Notes under the pieces: model-generated
The model's database searches: none
The model's input: only the letters and a program-made list of their open reading frames with translations
What the model was told of the DNA's origin: nothing
DNA from: Oopsacas minuta
Lineage: Eukaryota; Animalia; Porifera
Direction of reading: 5' to 3'
Assembly: GCA_024704765.1 (NCBI GenBank)
Contig: JAKMXF010000122.1
Location: 457,068-521,067 of the forward strand
DNA: 64,000 bases
Translations under genes and position numbers: made by a program
Part shown: positions 36,241-50,092 of the stretch, piece after piece
Position numbering within the stretch: position 1 is the first letter of the stretch
Layout of the letters: each line of letters begins with the position of its first letter

Positions 36241-39099
36241 ATGAAGTATGTATATACGTACATACAGTGAAACCTTGTTAATACGAACACATTTACTACG
36301 AATTTCCGGTAAAGATGAACAGAATTTTACACAATTTTAGTCCCTACAATGGAAATTCAATTCTTTTTACTCGGGTTAATACATACATCTAATAAGGAAT
36401 ATAAATCTCGACAGACCCTTGGTGTACTTATGTACGAGGTTATATTATATATCTTTGTATGTTCAAAATAGAATTATGAAAATGCCAGATCCCAAAGCAT
36501 ATTTTTGCCGTATAGAGGCATTTTAGCCGGGCTCGGACATGTAAGAGTCTGGGACAATAATTCACATCTATGACGAAATTATGACGTCATTGTCCACTTC
36601 TTGGATTTTCGAAAAATGCATTATTAACCACTGCTCAGCCAATATACATGACAGAATTTTGAAATTGAATCATATGTACCCGTCAATCTGCCACACGGAC
36701 TGACGTCATGATTCAGACCAAAAGCTAACTCATCTTGGAATCACTACGTCTTGATGGTTGTATAAGTATATAAAAATTTTCCGCATTTAGCTATGTTGAG
36801 AATTTCATATACTCGGGCCACAGAATGCCCAGATTACTAACCAAAACCAATGTATGAAATCATGGTTGTAAAATGTGGAGCCACCTACTTCTAGTGCAAT
36901 AGGATTCTACATCCCGATGACATAGTACTATATAATAAATATTCTTTATCTACCTTTGGACTATTCTAGAAATTATATTGTCGTTATCAATAATATAATG
37001 ACTATATAAATTCTAGATTAGTACAAAGGTTTAGAATCTCATTTAAAAGGTGTCAAATTAGTGAACCATATTTCTATTAGTTTAAAATGATACTAGAAAT
37101 TTCGTTTCAAATGCTAGTAAGGGGTAATCGGCTATGTTTAATTAAAATGTAAAGTAACCAATTCTACGTATATCTACATGATCTATCTTAGGACCTCCAT
37201 AAAGATGGGACGTGATAAAATTTAAGGTTATGTCGCATCGCGACAATTCCAAGAATGTGGATAAGAAAGGGGTGAAGCTGTATGGTTTGCTTCAATTGTT
37301 GCATGAACATACGTTTTAACACCGCTTTGACACGATGTGCGAATTTTAAAAATATTCCTGTGAGGATCTTCAAAAAATCGACCTTAATCAAGGATTGTCT
37401 CCATCAAGCCGTTCAAAATGGGCCTTTTCAACCTGAAGCCAACATAATCAGGTTTATGATGAATTCATTCCCGTCCCTGTAGCTCCAAAACTGACTGAGT
37501 TATGGGCGCTTCTAGAACAATCTTACGAAAATATCTCACTTTGATAGGGTCAAAATATGTATAACTCGGTCAGTTTTGGTGCTACAAGACTGGGAATGGG
37601 AACATATGAATGCCCTGACGATTATCATTCTCCATATTAAACAGGACCATTTGAATGTGTTTTTTGGAGTTAATGCCGGATTCAGGAAGCGAAGTCGAGT
37701 ATTTTTGAAATTTTTTCAATTTGGTCCATTTATTGGGCCAAAGTAGTGTTGAAATGCATTAGTATGGTTAAAATTAGGGCAAGCAATACATGTTCACCAC
37801 ATTCTAAACCACGTTCATGGGATAGGGGCGATTGGACAAAATCTGAATATTCAGGTATGCATAACCTTAATAGGGAAACTTCAAACTTCAGAAATATCCC
37901 CTCAGTCTAGGACTGCAAGATTTCAGCCCAATTAAATATGTTATTGATATTTATGAATACACATGATCTATCTCTACAAACTATTCCAAGTCTAAATGAA
38001 GTGATCTGATTCTTACTTATCAAATTAGTCAAGAAATGCTCGTTTTAATTGACTACACAGCGCAATAACCAATTTGGTACATGAACAAAGTATACTAACC
38101 TGGGGCATATCAATTATCCTGATTCTTTAAATATGATTAGTTTGTCTCAACCAGCTGTGGCATTTCAAATATTTTCAATTTAATTTCAGCAACCTTATGG
38201 AAATTTGAGAACATTAATACTAACACTCCGGAATGTACATTTGTAAACCTTAAATGTGTGTTCAATACTAACTCGACTTCGTTCATTAAGTATCTGTTAT
38301 CTCTTACATTTCTATTTTTTCTAGCTAACATATTGGAATTTCAAACGTGTCGGATACGTGGCCACTCAACAAAGGCCTACGCCACCCTAAATGTTTTCAT
38401 TCTTCCAAATGGACTTTAACCATTATATCTTCTAATTGTGGAATATTGGTTCGAAAGTATTTTGTGGGAGAGATAAAATAACTCTTAGGTTATCACAAAA
38501 TTGTTTGACTGAAACCTTAATAAAAATATATTAGCTAGCAATAATAGGATTTATGAGTTTGCAACTATCAATTTTCCTGGATGCAAACAAAACATATCCA
38601 ATGCAACCTCATTAAATGGGGTCTCTATAATAGAGGAAACTTTACAAAATGGCGAATTTTGCCCCACATTAATTCGTTTCGATAAACGAGAAGTGGGGAA
38701 ATGGGATACCTTTGAGAAAATTGTATCTCACGCCATTGAAATGAACCTCGATAAACGGGGATTTATAAGAAAAATTTGGATATTCAATTATCAATGAAAA
38801 TGCAATTAATCTGTACTAGCTAGCTTCGCTTGCTTGGTTGCTGCGCGACAGCTTAATGCCGCAGGTTAGCTTAAGTATTAAACAGTTACATTATTTGATG
38901 CTTTTGGTCGCTACGCGGCGGGATATACTCGACACTAAGTACCTCGGGGTGAAATTTTGTGGAAATTTGAATTTTTGTCATCAATGGTACATCCATATTC
39001 AATTTAATCACTTCCGTGGAATACTGGAGCTGCTACGTGGCTTTTGGTTAGTAGTCTGAGCGTGTTATGCAGCTGTTATTAAAAAATTCTGTAATTTTT

Positions 39100-39780
39100 T
39101 CGAAATTTGGAAAATTAGGATATTTTGCAAAGCCTGATGGCGTAATAATCCCAAGATGACTTAGCTTTTGGTCAGAATCATGACGTCAGAAAGTGTAACA
39201 TATTAAAGATACCTGTGATTTTCAATTACCCATAAAGGTGACAATGACGTCGTATTTTCGTCATAGGTGTGATTTTCGCCCAAGACTCGAACTTGTCCGA
39301 CCCAAGGCAAAATATCTATGTATGCGAAAAATCAGCCCTTGGGTGTTCCAGTTACTTTAATCAATTCTGGACATCACAAAATATATATCTATATTATTAA
39401 AGCGCAATTAATAATTTAGACGTATTATTGTGTGTATATATACGTGTATATATATATATATATGTTTGAATGTCCACAATTGATTGAATAAACTGGAGGA
39501 CCCCAAGGCTGACAAGTTCGAGGGTGGGATAAAAGTATGAAGAAATAATGACGTTATTGTCACCTTTTGAATTTTGTGGAAATCTCATTATTCACCACTA
39601 ATCAATCAATATACATGATAGAAGTTGTAAATTGGAATCACAGGTACCCCTCAATGTGGCAAATGTCCTGACGTCATCATTCCGATCAAAAGCTAACTCA
39701 TCATGGGATTATTACGCCATCAGGACTGTACAAAAAAACAAAAAATTTCTCTAGTTTTTTCGCAACTATTATTTGGTATA
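39100..39780. mobile_element. Foldback MITE with tgacgtca-rich arms; related arm at about 36460-36830
   Basis: cctgatggcgtaataatccca...tgacgtcag (39132-39189) is the inverse of ctgacgtca...tgggattattacgccatcagg (about 39670-39724). Confidence 0.65.
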
Positions 39781-40168
39781 CGAATCTAGCGTTAAGAGTA
39801 ACAAAATAGTATGTATTTCAAGAATTCTTAGTTATATTTTCGGCAACGTTGGCTTAAATGAAGGAAGATATACATAATGGTATCAATCAACTCGTACCAC
39901 ATGCTAAATTGTACCAATGTTTTAGGCAACTCCTAACAGTTACCAATTCTTACCTATGCAAATCTAGGGGAAGAGGCCCGCAGAACCTTAAATTGGGTCT
40001 GGTATTCTATCCATAAAAACCGGTGCGAATAGTATGGACAATGCATGTTGGCGAATTCCTTTTCCGATCGGGGGCTACGCGTCCGAAACCATGGAAATTC
40101 TAATACATGGAATGCTATAGGGCCAATAACCTAGCTAAAATAAGAGAAAATGAATCAAATGACGTATA

Positions 40169-41549
40169 CCGTCTGTCAATTTGAAATTGGGAAAATCTTT
40201 TTCGATGTTAGAATGTTCCTAATTGCATTTTCAAATTGGTTATCGTAGTAATATTGATATTTTGTGTTTTTCAACTATTTCTAGTCATTTCTTAACCAAC
40301 TGAACTTCTCTAGCTGACTGCGGTTACAAAATATTTCAATTTATACTTAGTTACTAATCAAATATTCTATATAAATATTTATCACTTGAATTTCTCGCAA
40401 CACTTCTATTTCTTCGCTAATAATTCTTTAATTTCATCAATTCAAAACCTTAAAATGAACGAGCAAGAACAGCGTAACAATATCAAGATACTTTTCAACA
40501 CAGGAATCAAAATTGTAAAGAACTATCTCGAAGAACTGGAGTTTCAAAAAGTACAGTTTATCGCACTGTTTACAAATTGAGGAATGCTGAATCCGTTGAT
40601 AGAAAGATTGGTTGCGGGAAACAGCGTCAGATCAAAGCAAATAACGCTAGATCACTTGTTAGTTTGGCAATCAACAATCCTAGGTTATCTGTGAGGAAGT
40701 TGACTTGCAAATTTAACAAAAGGCGGGGTCTATCGTTCTCACACGAGGCTGTAAGGATTGAGATGAAGCGGCGTGGCTTCACCCGCAAGGTTGCTAGAAA
40801 GATTCGATGCTTACACAAACCCATAAGACTCATCGTGTCGATTGGGCTAAGTCTAACAGATGTAGATATTGGGAGAAAGTGATATTTAGCGATGAGATGT
40901 CCATTTGGCTAGCTGGTGGAAGAGTATGTGTCTGGTGTAAAGGTGATTCGAAACCAGTAAAACCCAGTACGAAACACTCTCCTAAATTGCATGTTTGGGG
41001 AGCGTTTTCAGCACGTGGAACGTTTCCTATCAAGGTTTTCAGAGACAATCTCACCGGGCGACTTTACTGCGACATTCTGCACGAATGTTTAGTAGAACAA
41101 GCAAGTGTCTTGTACCCTGATGGATAGGTTTTCCAGGAAGACAACGATCCCAAACACACGTGCAACCTTGCTAAAGGATACATGGAGGAGAAAGGGATAC
41201 ATAGGATGGATTGGCTTGCTTGTAGACGGATTTGAATCCGATCGAGAACATCTGGTCGTGGATCAAGGGAGAAATCGATTTGAAGTCACCATGAAATTTA
41301 AATGAGCTGGAAAGGGAGCTAAATGAAGTATGGAATTCTTTAGAAGATGAATTTTTACGTCCATTTTGGTCATCGATGCCAAAAAGAGTCAAATTAGCAC
41401 GGAAAAGTAACGGAAATAAGATAAATTATTAGGCCTACTATAATATTGATTGTTTAAGGATTCTAATAACATATTTAGAATAGAAATACACTAAATGTAC
41501 TTGTAGCTAGGGAAAACAAAGATCTTCCCAATTTCAAGTTGACAGACTG
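40169..41549 (+). mobile_element. Degenerate Tc1 (DD34E), same family as 11925-13283
   Basis: TA-flanked TIR ccgtctgtcaatttgaaattggg / cccaatttcaagttgacagactg. IFSDEMSIWL and QEDNDPKH. Several frameshifts and stops. Confidence 0.92.
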
Positions 41550-43239
41550 TACTTCACGAAAACAGTTAGTTAGTAAAAAAATATATTTTTATACAGTGGA
41601 ACATCAATAATCCGACAAGTGTATAATCCGGAAATCCCTAAACCGAGATTATTTCTTGTCATAGATCGTTTTTGTAAAGAAAGTAACTTCATAACTCCTG
41701 AACCTCGATATTCAGGAATCGGACAATCTAACGTTAATAGAGTAATGTGAATTCGACTAGTATAATCAAACAAATATTTTCGTTTCAGAAAATGTCAAAT
41801 AATTGAGGTTATTTTATCTCCATAATCCGACATAATAGTTTACTATATTTAATCTAGCAGACTGGCTAGTATAATATTAATCAACCTTAAGGCTTGCATT
41901 ACCTTTTCAACCTCTATAATCCAACAAATATGGTACAAAAAAGAAATTAGCAACCAATTCAAATTAACAAAGAACTTGTTCACTACAATCGTGTATTTGA
42001 CCGACTTAACATATAGCTAGAGAAAGAATTTTGCTATTATTCGAAATTATAGCGTTGGTGGATTACGAAAATGTCTTCAGAATTGCAATAATATGTGTGA
42101 TGACTTAGCATTGAGGCTTTTAAAAATTTTCCATTCATGTCAACTACAATGTGTTATTTGACCGCCTTCTCATTATTATTTTGAAACAAGTTTTCTTCTA
42201 CATACTATAGAGGGCTGGTGGATTATGTGTTTAAAATTTCTTTTTAAATATTCATTCCTTTTTGAAATATTATATTTTGAAAAATTCAACGAAGAAGTTA
42301 GACTAGGGTCACTTCAGTCACTAAATTGACTCACTTATACTCATGAGATTTAAACGAAATCAGTATCATTGGAAAGAGAAGAGTTGAACATTTTAAGCAA
42401 TATATTTTGATTTTAAAAACCATTACTTTTAGTTACTTCTTTGGTGAAAATTTTAATGTCATGACTCCTTAAATTTACCCACCTAAACAGTCAGAATTCG
42501 ATTCTGAAATATATATGCATACTTTAGTGATATGGATGTTTATGAAAATTATATTTCATTAAAAAATACTAAACATTCGCAGAGCTAGAGGAATTCAAAT
42601 TTGAAGGTGCGAGTGAGAGTGGTAGTGGAAGAATCATTTTCTACATAAAGTAGGGTCAGTTCAAACTCATGTTTCTTACCCTAAATCCGACTGAATTTAT
42701 ATTAATTTATGCTAATCGATAGTTGAGACATAGACGTTTATAACAATAGCGATATTTTCGTGAAACACTACAAATTATCACCAGCAAAGCGTGCAAAAAT
42801 CGATAAATTCTAAGGGGGTTTTGTGTATTACGAATTCGAAATTTAAGATAAATTCTTGAAGTTATTCCTCTTCAGAACACCTCAAAATGTATAGATACCT
42901 TCTTTCGCATCATATAATTCAATTTTCTTAACAAGAACAGGGGACGCTAGTACTATTTTTATGATTTTTATATTTACTGGTATTTTGCTTAGTCTGAATT
43001 TTCCTCAGTTGCTTCACTATAATTACTGCTTGTTAAGATAGTCATATTGCATATACTAAACTGTAAGACTATGGAACACTTGCTCAGAACATTAGTACGT
43101 ATAGGAAGTCATATCATTATACTTGCTATAGTTCCCATTTCAACTTGTTTCAACACTTCTTTGTAGTTAACCTACACACAAAACGAGTTGATATACATTA
43201 CTTGTTGTAAATATCATAGATGTTTAATATTATAGTGTA

Positions 43240-44407
43240 CAAGGGTTGTTCAATAAGTAATGAGACTAATGTATCGAATTCATATTCTAGTTAATACAGC
43301 TCTAAGCCTAGTATCAGATTACAAGCCTAACTTAATTGTCTAACTTCGATACAATATACTCTTTACTCCACTAGCATATTCTTCAGTATAAAGTTTCATT
43401 TGTATAGGCTACTTTCTCAACTAATGGATTTTAGCAAAAGAGGGAAACGACAAATAACTTTTGGTACCTGTGGAAAAAGGGGAAGACTGGCTCATACATT
43501 CCTCATGAAATGCAGGATATTTTCGATGATGGCGACGAGGACCTCCACGATGACTCTCGTTTAGGTCGTCCGACTTACTCAAAAACCCGCAGTAATATCG
43601 AGAGGGTCCAAACAATTTTGGACCAGGACAGACGAATAACCCTGCGAGAGTTAGAAGAGAGGGTAGGTATATCAAAAGCCACACTACACTACACTCGACT
43701 ATCACTCAAGATGTGGAAATGTCGTAGGTAACTGCGCGTTGGATCCCAAAACTTCTTCAAAAGAACAAAAACGCGAAAGGGTCAGAGTTAGCAAAGAATT
43801 ACTTTCAAGATACAAGGCTGAGGAAGACTTTTTGGATCGTATAGTAACCGGGGATGAAACTTGGTTTCATTATTATGAACCAGAGAACAAAACTTAATCG
43901 AAGCAGTGGAAGAGACGTGATGGACATCTACCCATCAAAGTAAAGGCCGCAAATGAGCAGGGAAGAGAATGGCAGCAGTATTTGGGATAGAGAAGGAATT
44001 ATACACCTCGACTGGTTGCCTGAGAAGGTCATCATGACAACGCAAGGCCACATGTAAGCTCCAAGATAATGGCTGCAATTGACTACTTAAGATACGAATG
44101 CCTCCCTCATCCACTGCATATCCCAGACCTGCCTCTCAGCGACCACTGGCTGTTTGTGGAGATGAAGAGGCCGTTTCGAGGGAAGAGATTTGAGGATTTC
44201 AAACGGCTGGAGTATGAAATACAACAGCGGGAACAAAGGACCCTAAATAATTCTATACCACTGGGCTGGAAAGGTTACCAGAACGATGGAAACGATGTAT
44301 AAAGTTAAAGAGCAATTTATCGAAAGATTTGATAATCAATAATGATAAGTATAGGTTTACTATATACATTATGAAAAAATGTCTCGTTATTTATTGAACA
44401 AACTTTG
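43240..44407 (+). mobile_element. Mariner family M, copy 2 (internally deleted)
   Basis: TA-flanked TIR caagggttgttcaataa; RIVTGDETW; homologous to 8654-9940. Confidence 0.92.
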
Positions 44408-44639
44408 TATATACCAGTCAAATATTATAGAACTTCTTCCTCAAGATGGTTCAAACAGATAAATTTACAGATAGTTTTCAGAGATATTGTACCATTTATC
44501 TCTAAGGCAAAAATACATATATTAGTATAAATTCTGCAATGAATGACTCTTCGTGTCTGAAAATATTACACAATCAGAAACACATATTGCCCTATATGAT
44601 TATTACTTACTATTGTGTAACCACCTAAATATACATACA

Positions 44640-46380
44640 TTTAGTATTTTAGCTTGTGGACCATTCCTCCTTACAATTTTCTTCATTCTAGTATTCCCAT
44701 AAATTTTTCGAAATGCTCAACAAAGGTAGGCATTTGCATATAAGTTACAGCAACTAACTTTACATTGGCTTCATCTTCATTTTCCTCAGGTATTTCATTA
44801 TTAATTTCTATCTCACACTTATTACACATCTCTAATGCGATAAATTTGTGCTCATAATCATTGGATCGTTCTTCAAAACATCAAATATTCATAATAATTC
44901 AATAAGATGGTAAATTTCACACAATTTTTTACAATTTGAGATCCGGCCAAAACATGTAGAACGATTCTCTTGATCTTTTATCAATTTTAAACAGATTGTC
45001 TATATTGTAACTGATCCTGTGCATTACACTAGCTGTACACAGATGTAAAACAGTAGTAACATTCATATTTTCATTATTAATGGAGCCAATCTCTAACAGT
45101 TTTTCATTTCTGATTAAACTTTCCTTAGACAATCCGCGGATTTTAAATATGTTATATTGCCATAACAAAATCCTCTTATTTTCTCAGAATCATTGAATTG
45201 CTTATTAAATATTTTGCTCACAGAATAATTATCTAACAATCTTCCCATATTTCTGCGCTCACTACAAAATAAATTGCTACTATAAGCACCCGTAGCATCT
45301 GTATGATGAGTTGAAAGAGGTATTTCCGGATAAAACTTGACCACCACACGATTATATAAATAATTCTTGTCCTCAATGTAAAAACATATGCTTTACAATT
45401 TGGGATTTACATTCTGCTCTAGCCAGTATCGTAACTACTTTGTATTGGCCCCCCCGTCTAATCAGTTTCGAGGCCCTCTTAAGCAAACCATAATTTCAAA
45501 ATCATGAATTTTCTAAAAATAACTGAAAATCAAAATTATTTGAATAGGTAAACTCCAAAACACACAAATTGTTTACATCATAAAACTTAGAAGAAAATAG
45601 ATTCGTCCAATTAGTGATTCATGACATTCTATGTTTCGAATCAGTAATGCACAAACTATCTCCTATTATGTGATTTCGAGATAAAATTCTCTAGATTCAC
45701 AACATTGAATGTCAAAAACAACTCCAGAGCTGACCTCTAACAATGTATCCGCAACTTGTGTACTTCCTACATTACGCTTAGGATTGTGAACATGAGGAAG
45801 GGGAATTAGTTCCTTGACTAAACATTCAACACGAACAAGGTATTCAGAATAAATTTTTGTAAGCTGGTAATACTATTAGTATCGAATTCCTTTCTTTGTT
45901 CAAATACTTAAATAATGAAAATGCTCAAAATTTCTCCACTTAAACAGACATATTGTCACCAAACATTTGATAAACTAAATTATGATCCGGTTGTGTTAGA
46001 ACTAACCACAAAACTAACTATGGACTACACTCAACAAAGCTATTTGCTATAAGCACCTGTGATGACATTAATGAAATGAAGTCACTCATCAATAAAACAT
46101 GCATCTGTGTATTGCAAAAATCCAGATATATTTCTACCATTAGATAACGCATATAATTTTGCGGTATCTACCCACAAGTGAGCTTCAGATGTATTCAAGA
46201 AATACATTTTCTTCAAGAATTTCTTTATTAATACAATTCATTAAATTTACTCCTTCAAATTGGTATACACGGTTATATCAGAGGTAGTTGATGCCCACAC
46301 AAAAAGAAACTTATCGTCTCGTAAATCGAATTCAAGAGTAGATAGATTACCAAAGTGATGAAACTGATATATTGAAAACC
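44640..46380 (-). pseudogene. Decayed NOF-like MULE transposase with an internal deletion
   Basis: Readings LWVDTAKLYALSNGRNISGFL, NWTNLFSSKF, ARAEC, GNITYLKSADCLRKV and TVLHLCTASVMHRIS. Confidence 0.6.
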
Positions 46381-47174
46381 CAACTAGTCTCTTATATTTA
46401 TCAATATACAATAAGCAATTAAAGTATTGGCATAAAATTAGATAAGTTAGTTCCGAAGAAAAATACCATAAGATTGACGCAAATATTATTAGGTAAATAC
46501 GTATTCACTTGTATGCACAAAAATGAAGTTTAACATTGACTCAAAATGAAAATGAACCCTCGAAATATATTATCACCAAATGTTAAAAAAAGGTACTAGT
46601 ACCCCTGCTCTTAGTGAGGAAATTGAATTATAAGATACGAAAGAAGGTATCTATACATTTTGAAGGTGTTCTGAAGAGAAAAAGCTTCAAGAATTGATCT
46701 CAAAGATAGAATTCGTAATACACAAGAAACCTGAGAATTTACCGATTTTTACAGGCCGTTGCTGGTGATAATTTTTAGTGTTTCACGAAAATATCGCTAT
46801 TGTTATAAACGTCTATGTCTCAACTATCGATTAGCATAAAAATAATACAAATTCAGTCGGATTTAGGGTAAGAAACATTAGTTTGATCTGACCTTACTTT
46901 GTTTAGAACATGATTCATCCCCTACTCACTCCGCCATAAAATATTAATTCCTCTAGCTCCGCGAGTTTTTAATATTTTTTACTAAAATAGAATTTTCAAT
47001 AAACATACGTATCACTAAAGTATGCATATATGAGTATAAGTGAGTCAAATTAGTGACTGAAGTGACCTAGTCTAACTTCTTCGTTGAATTTTCAAAATAT
47101 AATATTTCAAAAAGTAATGAATAATTTTAAAAGAAATATCAAACACATAATCCACCAGCTCTCAAAAGTATGTA

Positions 47175-48480
47175 CAATGGTTGTTCAATAAATAATGAGA
47201 CTATTTTTCATGATATATACAGTAAACACATACTTATCATAATAGATCATCAAATGTTTCGATAAATTCCCCATTTAACTTTATAAATCGATTACATCGT
47301 TCTGGTAACTTTTTCCAGACCAGTGGCATAAAATTCTTTAGGGGTCCTTTTGTCCCACTGTCATATTTCGTGCTCTAGCCATTTGAAATCCTCAAATTTC
47401 TTCCCTCGAAGGGGTTTCTTCATCTTTCCAAACAGCCAGCAATCGCTGGGAGCCAGGTCTGGACTCTACGGTGTATGAGGGAGGCATTCGAATCCCAAGT
47501 CGTCAATTGCAGCCATTGTCTTGAAGCTTACATGGGCCTGCGTTGTCATGTTGCAGCAATACGCCACATGTCAACTTGCCTCGCCTCTCATGTTTAATCG
47601 CTTGACGCAATTCTTTCAATTCGTCAACGTAATAATCACTGTTTATGGTGGTCTTCTCAGGCAACCGGTCAAGGTGTATAATTCCTTCCCTATCCCAAAA
47701 TACTATTGCCATTCTCTTCCTTGCTGGTTTTCCGGCCTTTATCTAGATGGGAAGATGTCCATCACGGCTCTTCCACTGCTTTGATTAAGTTTTGCTCTCT
47801 GGTTCATAATAATGAAACCAAGTTTCATCCGCCCTTACTATACGATCCAAAAAGTCTTCATTTGTATTGTATCTTGAAAGTAATTCTTTGCTAACTCTGA
47901 TCCTTTCCGTTTTTATTATTTTGAATGAAGTTTTGGGACCCAACGCGCGCAGTTTCTTTCGACATTACCAGATCTTGAGTGATAATCGAGTGTAGTGTGG
48001 CTTTTGATATACCTACTCCCTCCTAGCTCTCGCAGGGTTATTCGTCTGTCCTGGTGCAAAATTGTTTGGACCCTCTCGATATTACTGCGGGTTTTGGAGG
48101 AAGTCGGATGACCTGGAAGATGGCAATCGTGGAGGTCCTCAACGACATTATCAAACGTTCGATCAATCTATATATGGTGGCTTTCGAAGGACATTCATCA
48201 TCGAAAATATCCTGCATTTCACGAAGAATGTATGAGCCAGTCTTCCTCTTTTTCCACAGGTACCAAATTTTTTGTTGTTTTCCTTCTTTGCTAAAATCCA
48301 TTAGTTGAGAATAGCCTATACAAATGAAACTTTATACTGAAAAATATGCTAGTAGAGTAAAGAGTATATTGTATAGAAGTTAGACAATCAAGGTACTTGT
48401 AATCTGATACTAGGCCTAGAGCTGTATTAACAAGAATATGAAGGCGATAAATTAGTCTCATTACTTATTGAAAACCCTTG
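47175..48480 (-). mobile_element. Mariner family M, copy 3
   Basis: TA TSD splitting the F arm (gtatg-ta / ta-gaagaaaac); TIRs; LLQHDNA and PDLAPSD. Confidence 0.93.
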
Positions 48481-48739
48481 TAGAAGAAAACTTGTTTCAA
48501 AATAATAATGAGAAGCCGGTCAAATAACACATTGTAGTTGACATGAATGGAAAATTTTAAAAGTCTCAATGCTAAGTCATCACACATATTTACAATTCTA
48601 ATGACATTCTCGTAACCCACCAACGCTATACTTTCGAATAATAACCATTTTTTCTCTAACTATACGTTAAGTCGGTCAAATAAACGATTGAAGTGAACAC
48701 GTTTTTAAAAATTTGAATTGGCTGCTAACTTCTTTTTCG

Positions 48740-49040
48740 TACTATAATACTTGTTACAGTATTTTGTGTTGATAAATACTTTGCTAGTAAACTTTCACCG
48801 ATACTTAAGTTGTTGATAAAAATGTAAATAATACATGTTTCCTTAATTAGTGTTGATAAAAATTACTACACTACCTGTTACAGTAATCTACGTCGATAAT
48901 ACTTTGCTACTAAACTTCCATACTATTAAATACTTCGTGTTAATAAATACTTCGTTACAATACACGCTTCCTTAATTTATGTAGATAATACTTTGCTAGT
49001 AAACTTTTACCGTAATATGTATTGATAGATACGTTGCCAC
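48740..49040. repeat. Degenerate tandem array
   Basis: Recurring gataa(a)tactttgcta(g/c)taaactt and ccttaatt..g(t/a)..gataa units. Confidence 0.6.
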
Positions 49041-49667
49041 AATACATGTAACCTTCTGAATATGATATTTGTCAAGCCGAAGACATACAGTGCAAGACTT
49101 TTGCATGCAACAAAATTGCATCGTGTACGGTAAATTTTCCATTCAAAATAATTCAGGCAACATTGTTGTACTTATATTAGTTTTTTGAATTTTGAGGGTC
49201 ATTTTGTTGCATGGAAAAAGGAAGATGTTCTAGTGTTCTGCAACATCCATTGTGGAATCGTGGATGGTGGGCTTAAGGGCTCTCTCTTGACAAAATTTTA
49301 CGGGCTGCAAAATGAGAAGAATGTACTATAAACGTATAACATTCAGAATTTTAGGACCGCTCCATACGTACATGCAAGTTTTTACAAAATATATAACTCT
49401 AGTTAAAATAACGGATTTACGAAAATGAAATTGGTTTATTATGTAACTGTAAACGAGTTTACAAAGAAGTAAAGAGAATTACTATATGGTTAGATTGGGA
49501 GATGATGCAACACTACTGATGTGTACATACTACAACCCACTATAAATACAACCTTAATGCTTCCTATCTGAAAAGTATAAATAAATGAACTTTAACAGTG
49601 ATTGGTGAAATTATTTCGCATTGCCAGGCCAATTGTTGGTTGATTCCCGCTGCAAACCAGATCTTTC

Positions 49668-49845
49668 ATCAAATCATAACAATAAACTTACATGAGCGTT
49701 GTACTATCTCAAAGTCTCACCAAATTAGGTAATTTCGGGACTTTTGAATTAATATAATATTAATTCAAAAGGCCCGAAAATTAACCAAATTTGGTGAGAC
49801 TTGAGATAGTACAACACTCATGTAAGTTTATTGGTATGATTTGAT
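49668..49845. repeat. 178-bp near-perfect palindrome with a 1-nt spacer
   Basis: atcaaatcata...ttttgaattaatat-a-atattaattcaaaa...tatgatttgat. Arms differ at only a few positions. Confidence 0.92.
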
Positions 49846-50092
49846 ATTTTGTTCAGCCAAATTAAATTCCTAAAAAGAAAATTTCATCCTTCAAAATACT
49901 ATTAAACTTATAAGGTGTAGTTCTAATTTTACTTTTATAACTCAAACCCAAATTCTGTGAAATTTAATTAATCGCTATTATTAAATTTTGTGATTATACA
50001 ACATAAATTTGGGACATCAAGATTATAATATGAACATATTTGGTAGTACAACACACAACAAGATACAATTCACATTAAAAGGGTAAACGTAC

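Larger units (their letters stand above)
41930..48750. mobile_element. Foldback/NOF-type composite: about 1-kb inverted arms enclosing a MULE transposase relic
   Basis: 41930-42950 is the inverse of 46590-47174 plus 48481-48750 (right arm split by a mariner at a TA). NOF-like relic in the loop. No TSD found. Confidence 0.65.

Noticed and set aside
45290-45310. HTDATG as the first catalytic Asp motif of the MULE transposase
   Set aside because: By context it lies upstream of the GN.T...LRK segment, and the 7.6-kb copy differs by a frameshift here. It is probably not the catalytic motif, so I did not use it as main evidence.
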